Below, one piece after another: positions 26,713-38,649 of a stretch of DNA of 64,000 nucleotides. Positions within the stretch are counted from its first letter, which is position 1; each line of letters opens with the position of its first letter. The stretch comes from Camelus ferus. Taxonomy: Eukaryota. The stretch is taken from the NCBI RefSeq assembly GCF_009834535.1, contig NC_045696.1, positions 116,314,001 through 116,378,000 of the forward strand, read 5' to 3'. The position numbers and the translations under genes are program-made. A model generated the notes under the pieces. The model saw only the letters and a list, made by a program, of their open reading frames with translations, ran no database searches and had not been told where the DNA came from.

Positions 26713-27591
26713 GCTTTTTCTAGTTTTTTAATATCATGCATAAGGCTATAATAGCTGTCCTTTTAGTTCAAACTGAAGGCACATCTTAATTTATATTTCG
26801 GTGAAATTTGTGGCTCAGATTCGTCAGGTCAAGGGATATGTCCCTTTTCTTTCCATTCCTGGTTATATATTGTCAAATAAGGGTATTTGTATTCATAGCT
26901 TGTTAAGAAATTTAAAAGGGAACTAAGCTGGCTTTTCCTTGAGAAAGGCTTTTTCTGCCTTTGGGCATTCATGTGTGTTTACAAGCTCAGAATGGGGACA
27001 ATCTGCTCAGCTAACTAAGGAAGAAGATTCTGTTCTTCAACGTTAATTGCTATAGGATAATAGGATTTCCCAATCGTACCAAGCACAGGTCAAGCCCAGT
27101 CGGAGCAGATCTTTATTACGTCATATTTCCCGAAGCAATTCTAAAGGGCACCACTCAGCGACCAGTTGTGAAAAGGCACCTTATGAGCAAAGATGGCTCT
27201 GTGACTTCTGGCATCTTTCCTTTGCCCTTTCCTTCTGGCAGCTTCAGAAATCAGAACGGACGTTCGCTGAGACACCAGACAAATCAACACAGTGATGTAA
27301 TCATCGGTGTGTTTATTTCTTTTGTGAGATCAATGTTCTCTATTTCCTTTTCTCGGAAGGTCACTCGAGTGCAGTAACTTCCTGAGAAGATCACACTGCC
27401 TACTTTTTTTTTGCTCTATAAGTACTGAAATCCTCTCCAGCTGAGGACAGAATTAACACTTCAAACTAGACGGAGCACCAGGCTAAGGGAGGCTGATGCT
27501 GCGACCTTCTCATACACACAGGAAGCCTGAGAGAGAGACGATGGCTAACAGAAGCCACCCGCTTCCAAAGGGCCGGTGGGCAAGGCTCACG

Positions 27592-28035
27592 TGAGACAGG
27601 AGGGCGGGGGCAGGGCACAGCCATCAGAAGAATGACACAGCCATCAAGGATACGACATAAACGGGTCAGAGCCAAGTAGGCCCAAGATGGCGGAAGATTC
27701 GACTTCAGTGGACCTTGAACCTCATTATGTGCTCACTGCAGTACATTAGCTGTTAGGTGACACACCCACTGGTGCCTTGACAGCTCCCAGACTGACCATA
27801 AAAGGCCAAAAACTGAGTAGGGGCCCAATTCCTAGGAATCCCCGCCCCTTACACAAAACAGCTAAATAATCCTCCCACTTGCCTGTGAAATTGCCCAGCC
27901 GGCAAACCCACCACCCCCGCACCCCGGGGCCGCTCTCCCTGCTCAGACAGGCTGTGTTCTGCCGAGGGAATGTGCGTCTCCCTAAATAAACTCGCTTTCA
28001 CTTTCCTATGGCTTGCTCTTGAATTCTTTCCTGCT
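27592..28035 (+). mobile_element. Solo LTR, ERV1-like
   Basis: TG start (TGAGACAGGAGGG...GGGCAGGGCACA), CAAGATGGCGG, AATAAA ~27985 then U5-like CTTGAATTCTTTCCTGC. Confidence 0.7.
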
Positions 28036-28672
28036 TTCATGTTTTTTCATATTTACAGACTGGATAACTGAAGGCAGGAAAGAAAAAAAAAAAAAAAAAG
28101 GAAGTACAATGTTCCAAGATCCCTCGTGACCTGGAATTTTCATTTCTAGGCAACACTAATTACCCAGTAACTTTTATCCACTCCAGTAAAATACAATTTA
28201 AAAACATGTTTTATCCTAAGGGGAGTATTGGGACACAGAACACACTAGCACCTTCCCATTGAGTCTATCTCACCAGGCTGACAATGATTATCTAGCAGGG
28301 ACAGATAAAGCTGAAAGGGAAAACACAAGTAAATATTTACCAAACACAGCCCCAAGGAAGACAAGAGCTACCAGACACAGGAAACTAAAAAAAAAAAAAA
28401 AATGTGAAGATAAGACGAAGCACTCCCAGAAAGTTCAGGGAATCAGAGACTCATAATGCTAACGAGACTCAGAATGAATCAGGACGTGTTCAGTGTTACT
28501 CTGACCAGCTCAGTTGCCGCGCTGCATCTTATTAGGCAGTTCCCTCTCCCCGCAGCCCCACGCAACCACGTTCTTGGGGAAAATGGGGAGGAGACAGATG
28601 AGGAATCCATGCAAACAGCGCAGGCTTTGCCTCTCACGTGAAGCCTTCCTGGCAAAGTCACGAGACTCTCTT

Positions 28673-28845
28673 GGCGGGGAGGGTACGGCTCAGTGGTAGA
28701 GCTCTTGTTGAGCATGCAAGAGGTCCTGGGTTCAATCCCCAGTGCCTCCGTTAAAAAAAAAAAAAACACGAATAAATAAATAAATTAAATAAGTAAACAA
28801 ACCTAATTACTTTCCCCTCTGCCCCCTAAAATAGGAAAAAAAAAA
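28673..28845 (+). mobile_element. tRNA-Ala-derived SINE ~125 nt from exon 2 donor
   Basis: Head, A run, CCTAATTAC motif. Confidence 0.87.
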
Positions 28846-28969
28846 GTCTCTTTTGTTGTGGCCTCATATAGAGGGAAAGCGCACAAGTTTGGTCAAGCCA
28901 TGGAATTCAGTAAGTTACAATTTTCAGGCAACAAGGACATAGAGTTTCCGTGAAAGTTTAGGAACTCAC

Positions 28970-29096
28970 CCAGGGCATGGCTACAGCTCCGGCAGGATTC
29001 CGTCAGACTGACGATTATCTGCTGCAGATCAGCTCTGGGGGGCGTGGGAGACGGGTTGGGGTTTTTCCAGCCATTACACTTACAAGATTCCTCAGC
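28970..29096 (-). CDS. KAT2B: KAT2B exon 2, 127 nt: AEESCKCNGWKNPNPSPTPPRADLQQIIVSLTESCRSCSHAL
   Basis: PCAF N-terminal domain peptide. Acceptor TTTTGCAG|GCT, donor CTGG|GTGAGT. Confidence 0.97.
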
Positions 29097-30076
29097 CTGC
29101 AAAATGAACAAAGAGAGAAAGAGAATTAGGTAATAGGCAGCAGTGGTCTGAATGTTTTACACACGAACCGTACACACTAGTTACATGACAGCTACCCTCC
29201 CCGCTCCTGCATTAACCGTGTTCTACACATCCACGAGAAACAAACACAGACAAAAGGCAAAGCGGATGTGCGACTTGGGCATTTGGGGTTTTGGTACTGG
29301 TTTGTTTTCTGCTGGCTGGAAGCTGCGTACGGCAGCACAGAGAGCAGACCCACCCACTTTGGTACCACTGCCCCCAGCAAGCATCCATGGAGTGGTGGAT
29401 CCCAAGGGAGCCCATCCATTAAGCTTCCCAAAGGGACAAGCGAGACCCCTGAAGTCCCTGCAACAGAGCTGGGGCCCAGGTCACAGCTGAGCCTCACAGG
29501 CCCCAAGACGCCAGCTGCAGCCCTGCCCCGTGGAACTGAAGAAGCCAGCAATCTCAGGGACTTGAGCCGAGTTGAAGCCCACACTTGGGGGCTCCTCCAA
29601 GCCCTCTGTGGCAGTGGAGAGAGCTCATCACAGTCTGGGAGCCCTGTGTACCTCCCAAATTCCCAGTACTATTATTTTACCAACACTTGACAGAATCTTA
29701 ACTTTTTCCACATATACTTCACACTTCCCTACCTTCTTAGAGAACACAAATTTGAATACAAATCTAGCCTTTTTGTGATGACGTGGGTTATGAAGTAGAG
29801 GACAAGCATGGAAAGATATCAATTGTTCCCAGTGATCCTGCCAAGCTACCATACTGGGGACTTGGGGGTCAGCAGGGGTGGGAGGCTAGCAGGCTTGCAC
29901 TGAGTGACTCCAGCCACTTAGAATTCTTCTGCCCATACCCTGCTATCCTTTACCACTCCACCCCTCTCTCCATCTATATACTGCTTCAAATCTGCTATGG
30001 CTGGAAAACCATAAAATTAATCATTAGAATAAGAAGAAACACAGGCTGATTCATTCGCGGTAAGAGACTTCTAGGG

Positions 30077-30380
30077 ACACTGTCCAATACGGGAGTCACA
30101 AGTCACATGTGGCCATTGAGCACCTGAAATATGGTTTGTGCAAACTGAAATGCATGGTAGGTGTAAAACACACACCAGAGTTAGATTGGTGTAAAAAAAA
30201 ATCTCATTAATAATTTTCACATTCATTACATGTTGAAATCTCAATATTTTAGATACACGGAGTTAAATAAAAGACACTAAAATTCATTGGACCTGTTTCT
30301 GTTCCCTTTTTTAATGTGGCTGCCAGGACATTCAAAATTACCCACGTGGTTCCCATTACACTTCAACTGGACAGCACTGG
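30077..30380 (-). mobile_element. MER33-like
   Basis: CTGTCCAATACGG...CACATGTGGCCATTGAGCAC...TGGACAGCACTG. Confidence 0.8.
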
Positions 30381-30636
30381 CCTTTAAATAAACTGTATAG
30401 ATTTTTGTTCCTGAGCTTTGCATTCGGTCTTTTTCTCCCTGAGACATCTTTTCTCCCTGCTTTAGATGTCCCCACACTCCACGTCCTCGTGGACCAGATG
30501 GCTGCAGTTAATGGAAGTCTGATTTACAGAAAATTCCAGAATGCCTGCTGCCTTGACATCATACAGACAATTCTCCAAGACAGAACAGTTTCCGAAGGGT
30601 ACACATGTCTAGGAAAGTAAGAAAGGAAAGAATAGT

Positions 30637-30752
30637 GGGGAGGGGAGAGCTCAGTGGTAGAGCACATGCTTAGCATGCACGAGGTCCTGGGTTCAATCCC
30701 CAGTACCTCCAATTAAAAAAATAATTTAAAAAAAAAAGAAAGAAAAGAAAAG
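30637..30752 (+). mobile_element. tRNA-Ala-derived SINE
   Basis: Near-consensus head and A-rich tail. Confidence 0.87.
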
Positions 30753-31419
30753 AAAGAATAATTGGCAAGGCAAGAAGGGTCAAAGATGAAGGTGAAAGAA
30801 GAAAAGGTCAAGGTGGAAGAAGGCTTTTGATCATAAACCCTTTCAGCGGGCCCAGTGACTCTGGCAAGCCCCACCTGACTGCTCCTCACATGTCATCACA
30901 AGATGGACACGGATGGGCCAGGGGAAGGGCCCCGTGTCAGCAACCCCAGCAGAGCAGCCCCCCGGAGTAGCTCCGGTGAGCCTCTCGCGTGGCCAGGCAT
31001 CAGGCAGGACCAGCTGCCACCCCCACTGCTCTGCTACTAGGCTCAGCTGGGCCCTGACATTCTCTGCAGTGAGTCACCCACCTCTTCAGAGACTGGAAAG
31101 GCCTCAGAGGCCATGTTCTTGAGGACTCGCTCCCAAGAAAGCATCCCTACCATCTCTGCAGGAGTGGAGGGAACCAGCCCGCGAGGGCCACTCCTCTCCC
31201 GGCGGTGGGAGAGCTCCCAGCCTCCAGCGGCCCTGAGCAGTTGGGCAGACCCTTTCCAAAGAGGCCTCTGGTTAGAGAAAGGAAAGTGACAACAGAAGAT
31301 TCCCAGCCGAGTACAGCAGGCCCAACCTCCAAGGAGAAAGCAGCGCCCGCCAGAACACTCCGAGTTCGGAGAGCTACATTCTCGGCCAAAGAATTACTAC
31401 GCACGCCGAGTCACTCACG

Positions 31420-31810
31420 CCACAGCACGTGCTGAGGGCCACGCTCTGCCAGCGACTTCTGCTGGGTGTAAAAGGAAACGAAGCAAGATCCCGTCTGTCC
31501 TCGCGGAGCTGACACTGGGGTGGCGGGGACGGGGCAAACAGGCAACACAAATAAGCACATCATACAGTACACGAGGCGGTGACTGCACCCGAAAAGCAAG
31601 ATGGAGAGACGGGCACAGGGGAGTTCGGGGGAGAGGGAGATCGAACGTGCAGTTCTAACCAGGCCTTTCTGAGAAGCCGGCATCAAAGCAAAGGCTGGAC
31701 CACTTAGCGATCTGGTGGAAGAGCATCCCAGGCAGAGGGAACAGCCTAGACAACGGTGAGGGCGTGGCCGGTGCGCTCCACAGAGAGCCACAGCCAGCGA
31801 GGCTAGAGCC
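31420..31810 (-). mobile_element. L2 fragment
   Basis: AGCATCCCAGGCAGAGGGAACAGC. Confidence 0.55.
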
Positions 31811-33623
31811 CGGGGAGCAAGGGGAAGAGCTGGAGAAGGCGAGGGGGGATGGGAGTGGTGGCTATCCTACAAGGCAGCCAGGCAATGATAAGGCCTTTCT
31901 CCTGGTTCCCTGATCTCTCCTCCTCCTCTCAGACAGGATCCCCCAGGCTTGAAACAGGGACAGAGACAGATCACCAGGGCAAGACAGGATGTCTCCAAAC
32001 TCATTCCTTTCTCTCTCTCACTTTTTCCTTTAGGCATTAGGGTAAACCACCCTTACTTCCTTGTTTTCTTTAACAGCAATCTTTGAGGAAAAAAAATTCC
32101 ATCCAGGTTTCGGTCTCTAATTTACATGAGCAAATCATCCTTTTTCCTCCTCCTTTTAACGTCCAGTCCAGGAACCACAACGTGTTCTGGTACACAGGGA
32201 AACACAATCATTAATACAACCCAGAACGGATGCATCTCTCTGACACCTGGGTGGAAAGGAATGCCACACCTCCACCAAGGCCCACCGAGAGCGCAGAGAG
32301 CGCTCCTTGAATTATCATAAAGTTGCCAAGTTGTCTAGCCAAGGGTTTCATAACCTCAGAAGGACCCAGATTTACTCCACAACTTGGGGGCAGCTGGATA
32401 ATGACTGAGGTTCAAAACCCCAAGGAACCGCGTGACTTGGGAGGCTGTCCTCATTTGCCTCAGGAAACACTTTAGCTTCTGACCACCAGGATGGATTTTG
32501 CATCTGGGCAAACTTGGAACCGCAACCCAAGTCTCCTTCTTTGGCAGGCTGGCTGGCTGGCTCCGGGCAGGAAGCAAAACTGGCAGGAACTCTGCATGGA
32601 CCAGAATCAAACCCACCAGAGCCAGCATCTGTCACTCCAGATTCTCAGAGAGACGGTGACCTAGTTAAGCACAAAGTTCCTCCTTACAAGGGAGCTTCGG
32701 AAGCCAGCTTGCTGAGAATCGATCCAAAAGCAATTGCTGGCCCGCATCCTCCACTTCTCCTAAGAGAGCCACCAACCTGGACGAAACGTCACTGTCCGGT
32801 TCAGAGGTACGTGTGGCTGCCGGGACCTCCCCGAGGCTTCTCACACAGACGGTGTTAGGACTGGATTATCTCAGAAGACAAGGCGAATGAGGTGTGTTTT
32901 CCCTGCCTCTGGCGGGGGTGGGGGGGTGGAAGAAAGCCCAGGGAGGAGAGGGGAAGGAGCAGATAAAACGCCAGCCTTTCCCACTCTCTGGGGCACCGTC
33001 TACTCACTCTCAGACACAGAGCCCCCGCTGCGTGTCACTCACGGGACTGGATGCTGAGGACACAAGAAACCTCTGCAGAAATGAAAAGTCCACCCCGGGG
33101 GTCCTCAACCTTAGAGGCACCTGGCGTGACTGGAGAACTCCTTGAAGCCTGAGGCCCACCCCTGAGCCCAGACCACTGAAATCGGAAGCTCAGGGGATAA
33201 GACCCACACACCAGTACTTTTAGCAACTGTTTCCAACGTGTAGCCGAGGTAGAGCATCTCTGATCTCAAAGGAAGGGATACTAGTAATGGATCCATTGAA
33301 AAGACAATGCTTATAGGGGCACGTCAGAGAGATCTCTGCAGACATGTGCCCTTCGAGTGGGGAGGGGAGGGCAGCTCAGTCAAGAGGAAATAGCACGTGC
33401 ACTTGTTCTGAGCACACCTCTCACCTCCCGCCTCCTGTACAGTTAAACACACAGGTACCTGCTTCCTCCAGACCATTTTCATGCAGCACGAGAGCAGCAA
33501 TGCGGAGAGACTGAGGCGGAACGGGGGGTGGGGGTTGGTCTACTCCTCCTCCGTGTCACAATTTTCTAGGATGTCGGTGAGGGGGACAGAAGAACGTGTA
33601 TTGTTTAAGATTCTAAAATCACC

Positions 33624-34065
33624 AGCATTTGCAGAAACATGGATGGACCTAGAGATGATCATACTAAGTAAAGTAAGTAAGAGAAAGACAAACATCATAT
33701 GATGTTACTTATATGCGGAATCTAAAAAAATGATACAAATGAACTTATTTACAAAACAGAAACAGACTCAGAGACACAGAAAACAAATTTATGGTTACCA
33801 GGGGGGAAAGGGAGTGGGGAGGGATAAATTAGGAGTTTGGGATTAGCAGATACAAACTACTGTATATAAAACAGATAAACAACAAGGACCTACTGTATAG
33901 CACAGGGAGCTATATTCAATATCTTGTAATAACCTATAATGAAAAAGAATATGAAATACATATTTATGTATAACTGAAGTCATTGTGCTGTTACAGCAGA
34001 AGCTACCACAGCACTGTAAATCAACTATACTTCAATAAAAACAATAAAAATAAAAAAGTAAAATA
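33624..34065 (+). mobile_element. 5'-truncated L1 3' end
   Basis: FAETWMDLEMIILS ORF2 tail, 3' UTR, A tail. Confidence 0.87.
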
Positions 34066-34764
34066 GAATTACCAACATAAACAAACACATCACAAATAGA
34101 ACCCTTACTTTTCTTATGTCATAATATTTACCTTGAAACTCAAACCTAAATTAAAAACAAAAGGTTGAGATCCATTAGCCTAAAACAGATAAGACTTTGG
34201 GACTGAATCACAGAGGAAACGCATACCTATTCTTCCTCAAGATCTGCTGAGCAAACAGATGCCTGGAAATTTCCTCAGATAACCTGGTAGGAAGAGACTG
34301 GATCTTCCTGCAGCAAAGCCTGAGAACTAGAAAGTCCTTTCAGGATATACTGCCTCCCTCAGACTCTGCAGGCTGTGGAGAGAGCTGGATGGAGAGAAGG
34401 GCGCAGGGGCAGGGACGGAGGGTTGACACACTCCTCCATCACGAGAGGCTGGCCGGAGACTCTGGGGAGGGGTCCTGTCCGGCCTCCTGCAAGGGAGGCT
34501 CCCTTCCTCTCCCACTGCTCAGCACCCTTCCCTGAATCAGCCCACAGAAGCCACGGGGGAAGGAAAGGAGGCCAACTCACTGTCAGCAAAGTGTTTCAGT
34601 CTTAGCTGGAAGTGGGGAGAAAGGCTGCAGGGGACAGTACTCAGCATCAAGTCGTGCTCACGGAGGTGGGCCTTGCAGTTGAATAAATGCGGTTTCAAGT
34701 CTTAGCTCCAAAATTTACTAACTGTATGAACCCGGGGCAAATCACTTAATCTCCCTTAGCTTCC

Positions 34765-35890
34765 CAATCTATATGAGGAATATAAAAATATATCATGAGT
34801 ATAAAATATAATGAGTATAAAATGAGTATGTGAAAAAATATCTATATAATAAGTATAAAATATAATGAATGCATAATGGGTATTAAAAAATCTATGAGTA
34901 TAAAATAACTATATGAGTAAAATATAATGAGTATGATGAGTATAGAAATACCTATATGAGTACAAAAGTACAGAATATAAAATGTACTCTCTATAATGAT
35001 TATATATATAATGAGTATAATAGTATCTATATAATGAGGTATCACCTCACACTAGCCAGAATGGCCATCATTAAAAAGTCTACAAACGATAAATGCTGGA
35101 GAGGGTGTGGAGAAAAGGGAACCCTCCTTCACTGTTGGTGGGAATGTAAATTGGTGCAGCCACTAAGGAGGACAGTATGGAGATTCCTTAAAAAACTAAA
35201 AACAGACTTACCATATGATCCATCAGTCCCACTCCTGGGCATATAACCAGAGAAAAATATAGTTCAAAAAGACATGCACCTCAGTGTTCATAGCAGCATT
35301 ACTGACAATAGCCAAGACATGGAAATAACTCAAATGTCCATCAACAGATGACTGGATAAAGAAAATGTGGTATATATATAAATAAATACAGAATAAAATA
35401 ATGCCACTTTGCAGCAACATGGATGGACCTGAAGATCGTCATTCTAAGCGATGTAGTTAGAAAGAGAAAAATGCCACATGATACCACTCACATGTGGAAT
35501 CTAAAAAAATGACACAAGTGAACTACTTAATATTTATAACTTAGCTGACTGATTTCTTGAATATGTGTAAGCACATCTGACTGTCCTTTATGCCTGGATG
35601 ACTGCATTCTGTTGATTCTTATTGTGTTAGTTGGCTTTATTCCTTTGATAGCTACTTAAGTTTAAAAAGCTAAAGCCCTAAACTGTTCTTAGAAACAACG
35701 AACAGTACGTATATGTACATTTTAAAAAATATGTGCCGTATATTGTATATATGTATTTACATGCAATATTGTAAATGTGCGGTCAAGTTGTATCAATTTT
35801 ACCTAATTAAACTGAAAAATGAAAGAAAATCTCTATAATGAGTATAAAAATCTATATAATGAGTATAAACCTATATAATGAGTATAAAAA
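34765..35890. repeat. Degenerate AT-rich minisatellite (unit ~ATCTATATAATGAGTATAAAA), split by L1 into 34765-35032 and 35829-35890
   Basis: ATGAGTAT core repeated more than ten times across both sides of the L1. Confidence 0.85.
35033..35828 (+). mobile_element. 5'-truncated L1 with atypical 3' UTR
   Basis: ORF2 Cys-rich C-terminus MRYHLTLARMAIIKK...[23 protein letters not shown]. Confidence 0.9.
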
Positions 35891-36917
35891 TATCTCTCTC
35901 ACAAAACTGTTGGGGGCACTAAGTAATTAATGCAGGAGGCACTGAACGAATGGAGGTGGTAATAAAGAAGATGATAATATGCCAGGAGTGCATGTCGGGT
36001 GAAGGAGGAGATGGGACAAGAGCTTTATAAGCCATGATGAACTATGACGGTTAATACTTTAAAGCAAGGACTTGAAGAGTATGCAACCAATGAAAGCAGC
36101 CAGAGGATACTGGCCCCAGTCACTGTGAAATTGGCCACAGCTCTGACTGAACAAGACTGGACCGTTTACAAATGAAAAGTCATGCTCCTCACAGAACAAA
36201 TCAGCTCCATTCCCACGATACGTGAGAATGATGGAAATTACTCAAAATGCTCACTGGGTGATCGCAGGGGACATTTTCATAACTGACTGGATGCGAAGAG
36301 AGAGAAATGGCCAGGTTTCATGTACACAATCCCTCAGCAAAAGCACCGTGTATCAAAGTCCATGGGACATGGTTAAGGCCACAGTTAAAGGAAAACATAG
36401 ATCCTTCAATGAACTTGTGGAAAAAACAGAAAGATTAAAAATAAATAAACTAACCATTCAACTCAATAATCTAGGGGGGAAAGTAACACACTCAAGGAAA
36501 ACAGATGAAAGAAATTAAGGTAAAAAATTTTTAAGGAAATCAATAATGAGCAAAATCATACACCTAACCAGTATAACCATGGTTGGTTTTTGAAAGAAAA
36601 CATTAAACAAACTCTTGGCAAGTCTAATCAAGGAGGTTGGGAGAGCATAGCAAAAAAAAAAAAAAAAAAAAAAAAAAGGAGATAAAACTACAGATTTATT
36701 TTATAGCTAAATAAGTACTCTGTAGAACTTTATGCCAATCAATTTGATAAACTAGAGGAAACCCAGTGAGTTCCTTGGAAAACATAAATTATCAACCCTG
36801 ATTTAATAAGTAGTAAATTTTCTAAAAACCCTAGAAGAAAAAAGTAGTCAAAGATCTACTCCTAAAAAAGGACCCAGGTCCAGATGGTTTTATGGGAAAG
36901 TTCTAGTTACTCTCAAG

Positions 36918-37218
36918 GGCTGTCCAACATAAATATGTGAACCACAGAAAAAATTTAAAATTTTCCAGTAGCCACATTTTAAAAAGTAAAAGAAGTAGGT
37001 AAAACTAATTTAAGTAATATATATATTGCCTATAATGTCTAAAATATTATCATCTCAACATGTGAATTGGTATAAAAACATTATGAATATGGCATTTTAC
37101 AAATTTTTTTTATGCTAAGTCTTCAAAACTCCAAGCGATGTCTGACATGGTACATCTCAATTCAAATGGTGGCAGGTGCTCAAGTCATTTGTGGCTAGTG
37201 GCTACCATATTAGCCAGC
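36918..37218 (+). mobile_element. MER33-like inside old L1
   Basis: GCTGTCCAAC...TCCAGTAGCCACATTTT...GTGGCTAGTGGCTACCATATT. Confidence 0.78.
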
Positions 37219-37450
37219 AGGAGACCAGTTCGTTCCTATGTATTGTAGACTGTGCCAAAGTGCAACGCATTAGAAAAAGAATTTTTTTAAAAACTCTCAT
37301 ATCATTCTATGAATTTAGTATAACCCTGACACTAACACAACATACAGAGAGCAAAAAGCATGGAAAAAGTCACCAGCTCAACCTCACAAAAACAGAAATA
37401 AAATATTTGTCAATCAAATTCAACAGTACACAATCAAAATCATGCATCTT

Positions 37451-38163
37451 TTTTTTTCTTTTCCAGTTTTATTAGGTAGAATTGTTACAATTTGACTGCA
37501 CGTGTACAATATATTGTATGTAAATACATATGTACAATATACTGCATTTTTTTTTAGTTTATATATATGTACTGATCATTGTTTCTAAGAACAGATTAGA
37601 GCTTTAGCTTTTTAAACTTACATAAGTTACCAAAGGAATAAAGCCAACCACAAAATAAAAATCAACAGAATGCGGGGATTCAATCATAAAGGACAGTTAG
37701 ATGTGCTTACACATATTCAAGAAATCAATCATCTAAGTTATTAATAATAAGTAATTCATTTGTGTCCTTATTTTTATTATTTTTTTTTTAGATTTCACCT
37801 GTAAGTGATATATGGCTTTTTTCTTTCTTTTTCCAGCCCACTTCACTTAGAATGACGATCTTCAGGTCCACCCATGTTGCTGCAAATGGCATTATTTTGT
37901 TCTTTTTTATGGCTGAGTAGTGTTCTATCATATATATGTACCATGTCTTCTTTATCCAGTCATCTGTTGATGGATATTTGTATTGTTTCCATGTCTTGAC
38001 TATTGTAAATAGTGCTGCTGTGAACATTGGGGTGTATGTGTCTTTTTGAATTGTATTATTCTCCAGGTATATGCCCAGGAGTGGGATTGCTGGATCACAT
38101 GGTAAGTCTATTTTTAGTTTTTTAACGAACCTCCATACTGTCCTCCATAGTGGCTGCACCAAT
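37451..38163 (-). mobile_element. 5'-truncated L1 with the same atypical 3' UTR
   Basis: ORF2 remnant [12 protein letters not shown]...FAATWVDL; perfect TSD AAAATCATGCATCTT at 37436-37450 and 38164-38178. Confidence 0.92.
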
Positions 38164-38340
38164 AAAATCATGCATCTTGATTGGTACATAATAACTAAAG
38201 CTTGTTATAGGAATGCATAGATAGATATTTGAAACAAATTGATTATGTTAAGAAATTAAAGGAAGATGAAAGAATTACAGTTGATGCCCAAAAAAACTTT
38301 TCATAATACTCAGCATCAATTTCTGATTTTTTTTTTTTTT

Positions 38341-38445
38341 AAATACAGAACGATTCACAAACTTGCATGTCATCCTTGCGCAGGAGCCATGCTAACCTTC
38401 TCTGTATCGCTTCAATTTTAGTATATGTGCTGCCAAAGCAAGCAC
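38341..38445 (-). pseudogene. Full-length processed U6 snRNA pseudogene
   Basis: Reverse complement GTGCTTGCTTTGGCAGCACATATACTAAAATTG...ACAGAGAAG...; 12 mismatches in 105 nt versus recalled U6. Poly(A) (T-run 38327-38340) and TSD AATTTC[T/A]GAT. Confidence 0.93.
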
Positions 38446-38499
38446 AATTTCAGATGTTTTTTTTTAAATAGCAAATTTGGCACAGAAGAAAATTATCTT

Positions 38500-38649
38500 T
38501 TTTTAATTAATTTTTAAAAAAAAGTTTTCTTGGGGGGTAATCAGGTTCACTTATTTATTTATTTATTTTTAGAGGAGGTACTGGGGATTGAACCTAGGAC
38601 CTTGTGTGTGCTAAGCATGCACTCTACCACTTGAGCTACACTCTCCCTC
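38500..38649 (-). mobile_element. tRNA-Ala-derived SINE in old L1
   Basis: Perfect TSD CAGAAGAAAATTATCTT at 38483-38499 and 38650-38666. Confidence 0.9.

Noticed and set aside
34765..35890. CRISPR-like array
   Set aside because: Degenerate AT-rich tandem units with no unique spacers, in a mammalian intron.
23817..38189. ORFs resembling L1 ORF2 C-terminus (23817, 34956, 37788)
   Set aside because: Remnants of 5'-truncated L1s, not genes or active elements.
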